From: Gemmatimonadota bacterium
GTDB lineage: Bacteria > Gemmatimonadota > Gemmatimonadetes > Palauibacterales > Palauibacteraceae
DNA: 64,000 nt
Assembly (NCBI GenBank): GCA_965116475.1
Contig: OZ220691.1
Coordinates: 2,080,001-2,144,000 of the forward strand
Direction of reading: 5' to 3'
The position numbers were made by a program, and so were the translations under genes. The notes under the pieces are model-generated. The model searched no databases and was not told the DNA's origin. It worked only from the letters and a program-made list of their open reading frames with translations. Positions 54,271-63,140 of this stretch are shown one piece after another. Every line of letters starts with the position of its first letter. Within the stretch, counting starts at the first letter, position 1.

Positions 54271-54861
54271 TCAGAAATAGAGCTGGCAGTTCATGGCCTC
54301 GAACGGGCCGTGGCCGGCCATCGTGTGCAGCCGGCCGGAGGGGGACAGCCCCGTGAGCATGATCGGCCCCTGCCAGCGCTCGACATCGGCCGAGGCCTCC
54401 TCGCTCACGAAGATGAGGAACTGGTTCCAGGCGACCCGCGCCTCGAGCCCGTTCTCGTCCGACAGGGTGCCGAGTTGCACCCACTCGTCGAGTTCGGGCT
54501 TCGCGGCCCATACCACATAGACCGCGCCGCGCCGCTTGCGCATTTGGTCCACCTGGATCTCGATGTCGAAGGTCTGGAAGCCGCCTTCGTCCACGGTGAT
54601 CTCGAACGGCGACCCGGGCTGCGTGAGCGTCATCGACCCGCGGCTCCCGGGCGCACTCTGGGTGCCCGACAGCCGGACCACTTCGGGGGTGCGGAGGCAG
54701 GCGTCGACGGGAGGGGCCGCCCCCCACGGCGTCGCCCCCACCGGAGCCGGGATGCCGCGCGGTCCGGCGGCCCGTGCCTCGCCCGACACGAGCGAGCCGA
54801 GAGCGATCGCGAAGACGACGGTGGCGCCGGTCGCGCCGGCCTGCTGTTTCATGCTCTTCAT
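54271..54861 (-). CDS. Secreted hypothetical protein
   Basis: Signal peptide, good codon pattern, C-terminal HTMAGH; sits between dioxygenase and MCO. Confidence 0.65.
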   Translation of the reverse strand: MKSMKQQAGATGATVVFAIALGSLVSGEARAAGPRGIPAPVGATPWGAAPPVDACLRTPEVVRLSGTQSAPGSRGSMTLTQPGSPFEITVDEGGFQTFDIEIQVDQMRKRRGAVYVVWAAKPELDEWVQLGTLSDENGLEARVAWNQFLIFVSEEASADVERWQGPIMLTGLSPSGRLHTMAGHGPFEAMNCQLYF

Positions 54862-54935
54862 GCTCGAAAGGTCGAATCCGCCGCGCCGCCTTGCAAGCGG
54901 CCAGCGGCCGGGCGCGCGCGCCGGGCGATCGCCCA

Positions 54936-55766
54936 TCAGTCCGGCCCGGGCCGCCCGGCTCCCCCGCGCCTGCCGCTGCGGCCATCGGGCCGGCCGATCT
55001 CGGTATCCGTGAGATCGAGGCCCAGGTCGAAGGTGGCCGCGTATCCGTCGTCCGCCTCGCTCACCCGGGCCATCAGCCTCTCGCCACCGTCGCGGCGAAA
55101 GATGCCGTCGTCCGCGTTGCTCATGGGACGTTGTCCGCGCGCCGCGTACGGCGCCTGCGCGTGCACGCTGTCGGTGAGCGCCTCGTCGAAGTAGAGCTGC
55201 GAGGTGAACTCATACGGCTGGCCGGAGATGTCCGTGCGCACCTTGAAGTGTACGTGGACCGCCCGCCCGCGGTACCAGCCCGGATAGATCGTCGTGAACC
55301 GGGCCACGCCGTTCTCGTCCGTGTGCTGGTAGCCCCGGAGGAAGTGTAGTTCCTTCGCCGACTCGGGGGCTCCGTCGTCCTCCACGCCCGAGTACACGCC
55401 CTCGGCGTCGCACTGCCACACGTCGATCAGCGCGCCGGGCAGCGCCGAACAGTCGCCCTGCGCGATCTGCGAGACGTTGAACCTGAGCGTCAGCGGGATG
55501 CCCTCGCTCACCGTGCCGGTCGACGGATCGGACCGGATGTCCGAGCGTTCGAGCCGCGCGTCGACGAAGAAGGGCCCCTCGGTCTGCTCGGGCTTCGCCA
55601 CACAGGTCGGCAGTGGGCGGGCGATCCCGTCCGTCTGGGCGGCGAGAGAGGTGCCCGTTCCCAGAACCCACCGACCGGCGGCCAGCGCCCCGCCGCCGAC
55701 GCCGAGAGCGGCGAGCACCTCGCGCCGCGTCAGTACCCGACCTCGCTCAATGTCCTCGTGCCCCAT
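54936..55766 (-). CDS. Tat-exported intradiol ring-cleavage dioxygenase-like protein
   Basis: TRREVL; TEGPFF, DVWQCDAEGVYS, FLRGYQ, TIYPGWYRGRAVHVHFKV. Confidence 0.9.
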   Translation of the reverse strand: MGHEDIERGRVLTRREVLAALGVGGGALAAGRWVLGTGTSLAAQTDGIARPLPTCVAKPEQTEGPFFVDARLERSDIRSDPSTGTVSEGIPLTLRFNVSQIAQGDCSALPGALIDVWQCDAEGVYSGVEDDGAPESAKELHFLRGYQHTDENGVARFTTIYPGWYRGRAVHVHFKVRTDISGQPYEFTSQLYFDEALTDSVHAQAPYAARGQRPMSNADDGIFRRDGGERLMARVSEADDGYAATFDLGLDLTDTEIGRPDGRSGRRGGAGRPGPD

Positions 55767-55798
55767 TGCCGCACCTCCAGAGGGTTTGGGTCCGGGCG

Positions 55799-56323
55799 TC
55801 AGTCGCCTTCCGGATCGCTCTCCTCGATGATGATCTCCCGTGGGGAAGTCCGCGGCCCGCCGCTGCGACCCGACCGACCGGTCCCGGGGCGCGCCCCGAA
55901 GTTGCCGTACAGGCCGCTGAACCCGCCGCCGGATCCGCTCATCACCTGAATTGTGCCACGCTCGATCCCGGCGCTGAGCCGGTCCCGGACACGGGCGATG
56001 AGGCTCCGCCTCACCGGCGGGATGAGCAGCAGGATCCCGGCGATGTCCGTGATAACACCCGGGGTGATGAGCACGATGCCCGCCACGAGGATCAGGAGCG
56101 CGTGGACGAGTGATTCACCGGGGAGCGCGCCCCCCTGGAGTTCGTCCCGGACGGCGAGCCAGGCGCGCAGCCCTTCGCGCCGCGCGAGCCACGCGCCGGC
56201 GAACCCCGTCCCCATGACGAGCAGGAGCGTGGGGCCGAGTCCGAGCAGGCCTCCGACTTGAACGAGGAGCGCAAGCTCCACGACGGGGACGATCGTGAAC
56301 AGCAGGAACAGCCGCAGAAGCAC
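55799..56323 (-). CDS. fxsA: FxsA family membrane protein
   Basis: LFTIVPVVELALL, GIVLITPGVITDIAGILLLIPP. Confidence 0.9.
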   Translation of the reverse strand: MLLRLFLLFTIVPVVELALLVQVGGLLGLGPTLLLVMGTGFAGAWLARREGLRAWLAVRDELQGGALPGESLVHALLILVAGIVLITPGVITDIAGILLLIPPVRRSLIARVRDRLSAGIERGTIQVMSGSGGGFSGLYGNFGARPGTGRSGRSGGPRTSPREIIIEESDPEGD

Positions 56324-56359
56324 GGTCAGAACCGCGGGATCTTCAGAATCCGGACACCG

Positions 56360-56821
56360 TCAGAAGCCCATCATCGCCCGCACGGCCGGGTCGATCCTCT
56401 CGGGCGTCCAGAACGGCTTCCACACGAGGCTCACGACGGCCTCCTCCACGCCGTCCACCGTCTCCGCCGCATCCTTCGCGCCCCCGAGAATCTGTCCGCC
56501 GGCCGGGCAGCCGGGGCTCGTCAGCGTCATCGTGACCTTCGCCTCGCCCTCCTCGACCTCCACATCGTACACGAGCCCGAGATCCACGATGTTGATGCCG
56601 AGCTCCGGATCCGTCACGGTGCGAAGCGCGGTCCGCACCTGCTCTGCGATCTCCGGCGTCACTCCGGACGCCTCGTCGGCCGAGCCCGTGCCATCCGCCA
56701 TGCCGTCCGCCATGCCATCCGCCATGCCGTCCATCGGGTCCCTCGTATCCTTCGTGTCCTTCGTGTCCATAGGTTTCGTCACCTTTCGACGGTCTGCCTC
56801 GCCTGGCCCGCCATCCGACAC
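56360..56821 (-). CDS. Metal-sulfur cluster assembly factor (SufT/DUF59)
   Basis: DPELGINIVDLGLVY, MTLTSPGCP, VWKPFWTP. Confidence 0.92.
   Translation of the reverse strand: MSDGGPGEADRRKVTKPMDTKDTKDTRDPMDGMADGMADGMADGTGSADEASGVTPEIAEQVRTALRTVTDPELGINIVDLGLVYDVEVEEGEAKVTMTLTSPGCPAGGQILGGAKDAAETVDGVEEAVVSLVWKPFWTPERIDPAVRAMMGF
56690..56770. repeat. In-frame 12-bp (DGMA) and 9-bp (DTK) tandem repeats in DUF59 N-terminus
   Basis: Protein MDTKDTKDTRDPMDGMADGMADGMADG. Confidence 0.8.
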
Positions 56822-56826
56822 CTCGC

Positions 56827-58062
56827 CTATCCGACCAACTCGCCGGGGCGCACGCCCGGCTTCTCGAATTCCTTCAACAGATCCTCCACCGTGGGGCGCG
56901 CGCGCACCAGCGCCCGGCAGTCCTCCATCGCGCCGGTGGCGTTGATGAGGATCGTGCCGGTGAGCCGGTTGTCCGTCACGCAGTACACGATCGAGCGGCC
57001 GGAGCCGAGTTCGCCGGAGACGATCGTACGATCCACCGCGGCCGTCTCCCCGAACACGTTGATACTGAGATCGAACACGTGCGTGAAGAAATAGGAGAGG
57101 TGGTCGAACGCCTCCCGCGCGCCGGCCATGTTGCGGCCCGCGTGGCGGCCGTGCGCGCGGGCGTGGTCCCAGTGTTCGAGGCGCGAGAGCCCGCCCTCGA
57201 TGGGATCCGGGAAGCGGGCCACGTCGCCCGCCGCGTAGATGTGGGCCGCCGTCGTCTCGGCGAACCCGTCCACGACGATCCCGTCCCGAACCGCGAGGCC
57301 GGCCTGGGCGCCGAGTTCCTCGTTCGGCGACATCCCGACGCCTACGATCGCGAGGTCGGCGGAGATCTCCTCGCCGCTGTCGAGCACGACCCGCGCCAGG
57401 CGTCCCTCGCCTTCGAAGGCGGCCACGCCCGAGCCCATCATGAATCGCACGCCGCGCTCCTCGAAGTAGCGGCGGAGGAAACCCGCGATCGTCTCCGGGA
57501 AGACGCGCGCCCAGACGCGCGGCTCCACCTCCGCGACGATGGCATCGACGTCGAACTTCGACAGCGAGGAGGCCAGTTCCATCCCGATGAAGCCGGCGCC
57601 GACGAGCACGGCGCGCGACGCGCCGCGGGCCGTTTCGCGCAGTTGCTCGGAATCGGCGGCGGTGCGGAGCGTCGACACGCCGGAGAGGTGGCTTCCCGGC
57701 ACGTCGAGCCGCTTCGGCCGCCCTCCCGTCGCGATCAGAATGCGCCCGCCTCGAATCTCATCGCCCGCGGCCGTGTGGACGGTCATGGAGCGCGCGTCCA
57801 GGCGCCTCACCGGCGCGCCCGTGAACAGCTTGAGCCCGTCCGACTGCTCCTCGAACCAGCGCGCGGGCTTCACGTGCAGCAGGCTCCGCGGCGCCCCCTC
57901 CGCCTGCAGGAACTCCTTCGACAGGGGAGGTCGGTGATAGGGAGGGTCCGGCTCCTCGGCGAACATGGCGATCGAGCCGTCGCGGTCGATCTCCCGGATC
58001 CCGTCCACCGCCGAGACCGCCGCGAGGCCGCCCCCCACGATGACGTAGTCGAAGCTCCGCAT
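56827..58062 (-). CDS. FAD-dependent ferredoxin/monodehydroascorbate reductase-like oxidoreductase
   Basis: IVGGGLAA, PYHRPPLSK, ATGG, GAGFIGME, YAAGDVA, RLEHW. Confidence 0.9.
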   Translation of the reverse strand: MRSFDYVIVGGGLAAVSAVDGIREIDRDGSIAMFAEEPDPPYHRPPLSKEFLQAEGAPRSLLHVKPARWFEEQSDGLKLFTGAPVRRLDARSMTVHTAAGDEIRGGRILIATGGRPKRLDVPGSHLSGVSTLRTAADSEQLRETARGASRAVLVGAGFIGMELASSLSKFDVDAIVAEVEPRVWARVFPETIAGFLRRYFEERGVRFMMGSGVAAFEGEGRLARVVLDSGEEISADLAIVGVGMSPNEELGAQAGLAVRDGIVVDGFAETTAAHIYAAGDVARFPDPIEGGLSRLEHWDHARAHGRHAGRNMAGAREAFDHLSYFFTHVFDLSINVFGETAAVDRTIVSGELGSGRSIVYCVTDNRLTGTILINATGAMEDCRALVRARPTVEDLLKEFEKPGVRPGELVG

Positions 58063-58068
58063 TGGTCC

Positions 58069-58599
58069 TCAGCCTCCGGCGTCTTCGGCCGACTGGTCGT
58101 GGACGATGAGCCAGGCTCCCTCCACGTTCAGCAGCACGAGCGTGAACGGCCCCGTCGATGTGACGGTGCCGTCGCGTTCGAGGACGTAGCGCGCCGTCGC
58201 GACGCCGACCCGCTCATCCACTTCCCGGACCCGCAGGTCCTCGAAGCGAAGGCTGTCCCGCGCCGCGCCCTCCGCGAACCCCCGGGCGTATCGCTCCCGG
58301 ATTCCGTCGTAGCCCTCGATGAGTCCCGTGGATCCGATATAGGTCGTCGTCGGAGATGGCGAGTAGGCGCTCATGAAGCCGTCGAGATCGCCCGCGTTCC
58401 ACGCCGCCGCCTGCCGGTCGAGCAGGGAGGCGACCTGCTCGGCGAGGTCGGGCCCCTCGTCCGCCACCGGAACGCCGTTGCTGTCCAGCCGCTCGAGCTC
58501 GCAGCCCCCCAACGCGAGTCCGGCCAGGGCGACCGCCGTCGCCGCCGCGATCCCCGAGCTTCGCCTCCCGATGTGTCGATTTCGGGTCTTTCGTCCCAT
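58069..58599 (-). CDS. NTF2/DUF4440 family lipoprotein
   Basis: Lipobox LGGC; QAAAWNAGDLDGFM, GPFTLV, WLIVHDQS. Confidence 0.82.
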   Translation of the reverse strand: MGRKTRNRHIGRRSSGIAAATAVALAGLALGGCELERLDSNGVPVADEGPDLAEQVASLLDRQAAAWNAGDLDGFMSAYSPSPTTTYIGSTGLIEGYDGIRERYARGFAEGAARDSLRFEDLRVREVDERVGVATARYVLERDGTVTSTGPFTLVLLNVEGAWLIVHDQSAEDAGG

Positions 58600-58628
58600 C
58601 CCCCTGGTCTCTCTCAACCTGGCCTCTC

Positions 58629-59528
58629 TCAAGCGAGCGCGCGCGTGAACAGTTCGACCGAGGCGTCGATCGCCTCTTCGAGCTCCGGCGTCGTCCCCGC
58701 GAACGGGTGTCCGGCCTGAAACGTATGCGTACCTCCTTCTACCCCGACGAGCCGCGCGAGGTCGCCTGCCGCGTCGGCGATCCGCCAGGCGTCGCTGAAG
58801 GGCACGGACTCATCGCCCGTCCCGTGCACCACGGTGACCGGAATCCGCAGGCTCGCGGCGCTGGCGAGCACGTCGAGGCGGTCCCGGTTCGCGCGCATGT
58901 CGTCGAGCACATTCCGCTCGAGCGGCATGTCCTGCTTCGTGCGGGCGTTCGGGATGATCACGGTTTCCCCGGCGTCCCACCGGTCGGCGTAGCTCTCGTA
59001 GCGCGTGACCGAGGAGATCGAGGCCCACGTGACGAGCGCCCGGACCTGCGACCGCAGACCCGCCTTCAGGATGCAGGTGGCGCCGCCCCGGCTGTGTCCG
59101 AGCAGGCCGAAGCGCGTGGCGGACGGGACATCGAGGTCGCCGAGCCGGCCCGTCGCGAGTCCATCGAGGATGGCCTCCAGGTCCCACAGTTCGCGGGAGA
59201 AGGTGTTGTGGCTGAAGGCCTCCAGATCATCGAAGTCCGCGTCGCGCACGCCGGAGCCGTCGAAGTTGAAGGAGACGACGGGGATCCCGGTCCGCTCGGC
59301 GAGTCGTTCGCAGAGGTAGGGAAAGAACCCCCAGTCCCTGAACCCCTTGAAGCCGTGGCAGACGACGATCGCCGCGTCGCTCGAGGGGGAAGCGTCTTCC
59401 GCGGGAGAGGCGCCGTCGGCGGGAGCAGCAGTCGCCCAGTAGTCGCCGCGGAGGTCCGCGCCGGGCGGCGCGAGGCGGAACGGGGTGCGCGTCACGGTCG
59501 CCATTGCGTCTTCAGCGCCAGCCTTCAT
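58629..59528 (-). CDS. Alpha/beta hydrolase (dienelactone hydrolase/S9-like)
   Basis: CHGFKGFRDWGFFP, GHSRGG, HGTGDESV, HTF. Confidence 0.88.
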   Translation of the reverse strand: MKAGAEDAMATVTRTPFRLAPPGADLRGDYWATAAPADGASPAEDASPSSDAAIVVCHGFKGFRDWGFFPYLCERLAERTGIPVVSFNFDGSGVRDADFDDLEAFSHNTFSRELWDLEAILDGLATGRLGDLDVPSATRFGLLGHSRGGATCILKAGLRSQVRALVTWASISSVTRYESYADRWDAGETVIIPNARTKQDMPLERNVLDDMRANRDRLDVLASAASLRIPVTVVHGTGDESVPFSDAWRIADAAGDLARLVGVEGGTHTFQAGHPFAGTTPELEEAIDASVELFTRALA

Positions 59529-60115
59529 CCCGCTTCACCCCGCTGCCGCTGCGGTAGCCACATCGCGTCCTCGCGGCCGGCGCGGCGGTTCGCGGCCCGG
59601 GCGAGGGTGAACAGCAGGTCGGAGAGACGGTTGATGTAGGGGACGACGACTTCTCCGAGATCGGGCTGGCCATCGAGGAGAGCCGTGACGCCCCGTTCGG
59701 CCCGCCGACAGACGGTGCGCGCCACGTGCAACTGCGCGGCGAGGGGCGACCCGCCGGGCAGAACGAAGGCCTCGAGCGCGGGAAGCTCGGCGTCCAGCGC
59801 GTCGATCCACGCCTCGAGCGCGTCGATCCGGCCGGCGGAGAGCGTGGGAATCGTGCCCTTGCGCAGCAACCGATCGGGATTGGCGGCGGCGAGGCGGGCC
59901 CCGATCGTGAACAGGTCCTCCTGGACGGCTCGAAGCGCGGGCCCGGACTCGCCGAGCGTCGCACTTTCCGGATCGAGGGCGAGCGCCACCCCGACCGCGG
60001 CGTTGAGTTCATCGACGGTGCCGTATGCCGCGACCCGCGCGTCGTCCTTCGGGACCCGCGCGCCGCCGAGGAGCGTCGTCTCTCCTCCGTCCCCGCCTTT
60101 GGTGTATATCTTCAA
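59525..60115 (-). CDS. pduO: Cob(I)alamin adenosyltransferase, PduO type
   Basis: KIYTKGGDGGET, AYGTVDELN, FVLPGG, ARTVCRRAER, YINRLSDLLF. Confidence 0.93.
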   Translation of the reverse strand: MKIYTKGGDGGETTLLGGARVPKDDARVAAYGTVDELNAAVGVALALDPESATLGESGPALRAVQEDLFTIGARLAAANPDRLLRKGTIPTLSAGRIDALEAWIDALDAELPALEAFVLPGGSPLAAQLHVARTVCRRAERGVTALLDGQPDLGEVVVPYINRLSDLLFTLARAANRRAGREDAMWLPQRQRGEAG

Positions 60116-60181
60116 TTCTTCAATCGGGTTTGGCCGTAATCGGATTTGGCCGCATGCCGCGCGTCGAGCGCCACGCTGATG

Positions 60182-60218
60182 GGCGAACCCTGGTGGCGAA
60201 CCTTAGTGGGCGAACCTT
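60182..60218. repeat. 3 x GGCGAACC(C/T)T direct repeats in pduO/ggt divergent region
   Basis: Copies at 60182, 60195 and 60209. Confidence 0.7.
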
Positions 60219-60271
60219 AACAGCCCGCGCCGAAACGCCGCCACCGCGCGGCGCCAACAAGGAGTCGAAAC

Positions 60272-62050
60272 GTGACGATCGACGGAACCGACCTCCGGCC
60301 CGCGGATGTTCAGTCTCGGAGGGCCTTCATCGCCACGGCGGCGGCCGGGGTGGGCGCCGTGGCGGCGGGATCGCTCGGGGCGTGCCGTCCGGAGGCCGAG
60401 GAGATGGCCGCGAGCGCACCGGACAACGGGTCACGGGACGCCGGGGGCGGGATCGTCGTGGCGCGCGGGCCGATCGCGGTGGAGGCCGGGGTCGGGGCCC
60501 TCAGGCGCGGCGGCAATGCGATCGATGCGGCCATCGCGACGGCGTTCGCGCAGTTCATCACGACGCCGTTCTCGGCCGGGGTGGGCGGCTTCGGCTGCAT
60601 GGTCGTGTACGACGCGAGCACGCGGCGCGCCACGTCCATCGACTTCCACGGACGCGCGGGGAGCAGGGCCACGCCCGATATCTACCGCAGCGCGCTCGAG
60701 GGGCGGATCTACGGACACGCGGATCGCTGGAAGGTGCGCGGCGACATCAACCAGATCGGCTACAAGTCGGTCGTCACGCCGGGCACGATCGCCGGCCTGT
60801 GGGAGGCGTGGACCCGCTTCGGGACCCGGCCGTGGGCCGAACTGGTGGAGCCGGCGATCCGGCTCGCGTACGACGGGTTCGAGATCCCCGGCGCCCTCGC
60901 GCGCGGCTTCACGACGCGGACGGAGTCATCCTCGGGCGTGGTACCGTTCTTCACCAAGGTCCGGACCACGGAGGCCTCGGCGCGCATCTTCCTCAACGAC
61001 GGCGTGCCGTGGCGGGCGGGGGAGCGGCTCGTGCAGCGCGACTACGGCCGCACGCTCGAACTCATCGCCGAGGGTGGCGCGGACGTGGTCTACCGCGGGG
61101 AGATCGCCGAACGCATCGCCGCGGACTTCGAGCGCAACGGGGGTCTCCTCACGCTGGCCGACCTCGAGGCGTACACGCCCGACGTCTACGACCCGGTGCA
61201 CGGCACGTACCGGGGACACGACGTGTTCTCGAACGCCCTGCCGGGCAGCGGCGCCCAGGTCATCGAGATCCTGAACCTCCTCGAGGGCTACGACGTTCCG
61301 GGTCTCGAACACGGCAAGGCGGAGCACGTCGAACTCCTCGGCCGCGCCCAGATCCTCTCCTTCATCGACCGGCGCCGGTACCACGGCGACCCGAAGTTCA
61401 TCGACGACCCGACGGACATCCTCGTGTCGAAGGATCGCGCCGCCGAACTGAGGGGCTTCATCGACCGCCGCGAACTCCCCCCCGATGTCGTCGAGGAGCC
61501 GCCGGAGGGACCCGATACGACGCACCTCTCGACGGCCGACCGGGCCGGGAACTGCGTGGCGCTCACGCACACGCTCGGCTCCGCTTCCGGGGTCGTCACC
61601 GAAGGCCTCGGCTTCACGTGGAACAATTGCATGTTCCAGTTCAACCCGGTCGCCGGACGGCCGAACAGCATCGAACCCGGCAAGGCGCGCATCACGGGGA
61701 TCTCGCCAGCGATCGTGCTGCGGGACGGGCAGCCGATTCTGGTCACGGGCGCGGCGGGCGGCACCCGCATTCTCGGCGCCGTGCAGCACACGATCAGCAA
61801 CACCGTCGACTTCGACATGTCCGCGCTGGAAGCCGTCTCCGTCCCCCGCTGGCACTGGGAGGATCACCTGCTGGAGCTGGAGCCGCAGCTCTACCATCAC
61901 TTGAAGGAACAGCTGGAGGGACGCGGCCTGGAGGTCGCGAACGACGCCTTCGTCGCGCAGCTCCACGCGGTCGGCATCGACCCGGACACCGGCCGGCTCG
62001 CGGGGGGACCGGACCCGCGCGGCTGGGGCGGAGGATCGGCTACGGCATAG
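60272..62050 (+). CDS. ggt: Gamma-glutamyltransferase (Tat lipoprotein)
   Basis: SRRAFI..GAC; GGNAIDAAIA, TPGTIAGL, DTTHLS autoproteolysis Thr, GAAGGTRI, DPRG. Confidence 0.92.
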   Translation: MTIDGTDLRPADVQSRRAFIATAAAGVGAVAAGSLGACRPEAEEMAASAPDNGSRDAGGGIVVARGPIAVEAGVGALRRGGNAIDAAIATAFAQFITTPFSAGVGGFGCMVVYDASTRRATSIDFHGRAGSRATPDIYRSALEGRIYGHADRWKVRGDINQIGYKSVVTPGTIAGLWEAWTRFGTRPWAELVEPAIRLAYDGFEIPGALARGFTTRTESSSGVVPFFTKVRTTEASARIFLNDGVPWRAGERLVQRDYGRTLELIAEGGADVVYRGEIAERIAADFERNGGLLTLADLEAYTPDVYDPVHGTYRGHDVFSNALPGSGAQVIEILNLLEGYDVPGLEHGKAEHVELLGRAQILSFIDRRRYHGDPKFIDDPTDILVSKDRAAELRGFIDRRELPPDVVEEPPEGPDTTHLSTADRAGNCVALTHTLGSASGVVTEGLGFTWNNCMFQFNPVAGRPNSIEPGKARITGISPAIVLRDGQPILVTGAAGGTRILGAVQHTISNTVDFDMSALEAVSVPRWHWEDHLLELEPQLYHHLKEQLEGRGLEVANDAFVAQLHAVGIDPDTGRLAGGPDPRGWGGGSATA

Positions 62051-62109
62051 CCCCCTGCGCCCCCGGCTTGAAGCCGCGGGCCGGAGCCCCGCCGGAAGTC
62101 GTTTCGAGG

Positions 62110-62138
62110 TTGACACCTCCCGCACGCGTTTGTATCCT
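62110..62138 (+). promoter_or_regulatory. sigma70 promoter of tRNA array
   Basis: TTGACA (62110-15), 17 bp, TATCCT (62133-38), GC-rich discriminator. Confidence 0.8.
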
Positions 62139-62149
62139 GCGGGTCGCGC

Positions 62150-62223
<74 letters not shown>

Positions 62224-62228
62224 TCTCT

Positions 62229-62264
62229 CGCCTCGCCTCGCAAAGCTGCGGGGCGAGGCGTTTT
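62229..62264 (+). terminator. Intrinsic terminator-like hairpin after tRNA-fMet
   Basis: CGCCTCGCCTCGCA-AAGC-TGCGGGGCGAGGCG followed by TTTT. Confidence 0.65.
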
Positions 62265-62309
62265 GCTCTCCGATCCGTTTTGCGGAACGCTTGCGGGACG
62301 GGAGTACGA

Positions 62310-62382
62310 TCCGGGGTAGCTCAGTGGCCAGAGCGGGTGGCTGTTAACCACTAGGTCGTGGGTTCGAATCCCACCCCCGGAG
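62310..62382 (+). tRNA. tRNA-Asn (GTT)
   Basis: TCCGGGG acceptor, GGTGG-CTGTTAA-CCACT. Confidence 0.95.
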
Positions 62383-62417
62383 TAGGACAGCAGGGCTCTT
62401 GCCACGGGCTGTCAAAG

Positions 62418-62490
62418 GGCTGGGTAGCTCAGGCGGTAGAGCACGGCGCTGAAAACGCCGGTGTCGGCGGTTCGACTCCGCCCCCAGCCA
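62418..62490 (+). tRNA. tRNA-Phe (GAA)
   Basis: GGCTGGG/CCCAGCC, CGGCG-CTGAAAA-CGCCG. Confidence 0.95.
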
Positions 62491-62533
62491 TTTTGCCACG
62501 GGCCGCCAATGGCCGGTTCGCGGGAAGCGGCAA

Positions 62534-62606
62534 AGGGGCGTAGCTCAATTGGTAGAGCACCGGTCTCCAAAACCGGCGGTTGGGGGTTCGAGTCCCTCCG
62601 CCCCTG
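62534..62606 (+). tRNA. tRNA-Trp (CCA)
   Basis: AGGGGCG/CGCCCCT, CCGGT-CTCCAAA-ACCGG. Confidence 0.95.
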
Positions 62607-62609
62607 TCG

Positions 62610-62681
<72 letters not shown>

Positions 62682-62706
62682 TGGAGCAGCTGGAACGGGA
62701 TGGCGG

Positions 62707-62781
62707 GCGCCCGTAGCTCAGTTGGATCAGAGCACCGGCCTTCTAAGCCGGGGGTCCCAGGTTCGAGTCCTGGCGGGCGCG
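62707..62781 (+). tRNA. tRNA-Arg (TCT)
   Basis: GCGCCCG/CGGGCGC, CCGGC-CTTCTAA-GCCGG. Confidence 0.95.
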
Positions 62782-62827
62782 TGGCAGTCAGGCGACAACG
62801 GACGACATTCGGACGACAGCGGCACGA

Positions 62828-62899
62828 GCCCCCATCGTCCAACGGCTAGGACACCACTCTTTCAAGGTGGAGATAGGGGTTCGATTCCCCTTGGGGGTA
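62828..62899 (+). tRNA. tRNA-Glu (TTC)
   Basis: GCCCCCA/TGGGGGT, CCACT-CTTTCAA-GGTGG. Confidence 0.93.
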
Positions 62900-62917
62900 T
62901 GGACGGAGTTGAAGCGC

Positions 62918-62990
62918 GGGGCCGTAGCTCAGCTGGGAGAGCGCTGCAATGGCATTGCAGAGGTCAGGGGTTCGAATCCCCTCGGCTCCA
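62918..62990 (+). tRNA. tRNA-Ala (GGC)
   Basis: GGGGCCG/CGGCTCC (G3:U70), CTGCA-ATGGCAT-TGCAG. Confidence 0.95.
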
Positions 62991-63050
62991 CTTCGCGGCT
63001 GGAGCGCGACTTGCGGGCGCGAGTCCGTGAACCAGCTTGTGACGTCGTAC

Positions 63051-63123
<73 letters not shown>

Positions 63124-63140
63124 CTTCCCCCGCCTTACTT

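Noticed and set aside
60116..60271. Cobalamin riboswitch upstream of pduO
   Set aside because: No recognisable B12-box/conserved core on either strand; only short direct repeats
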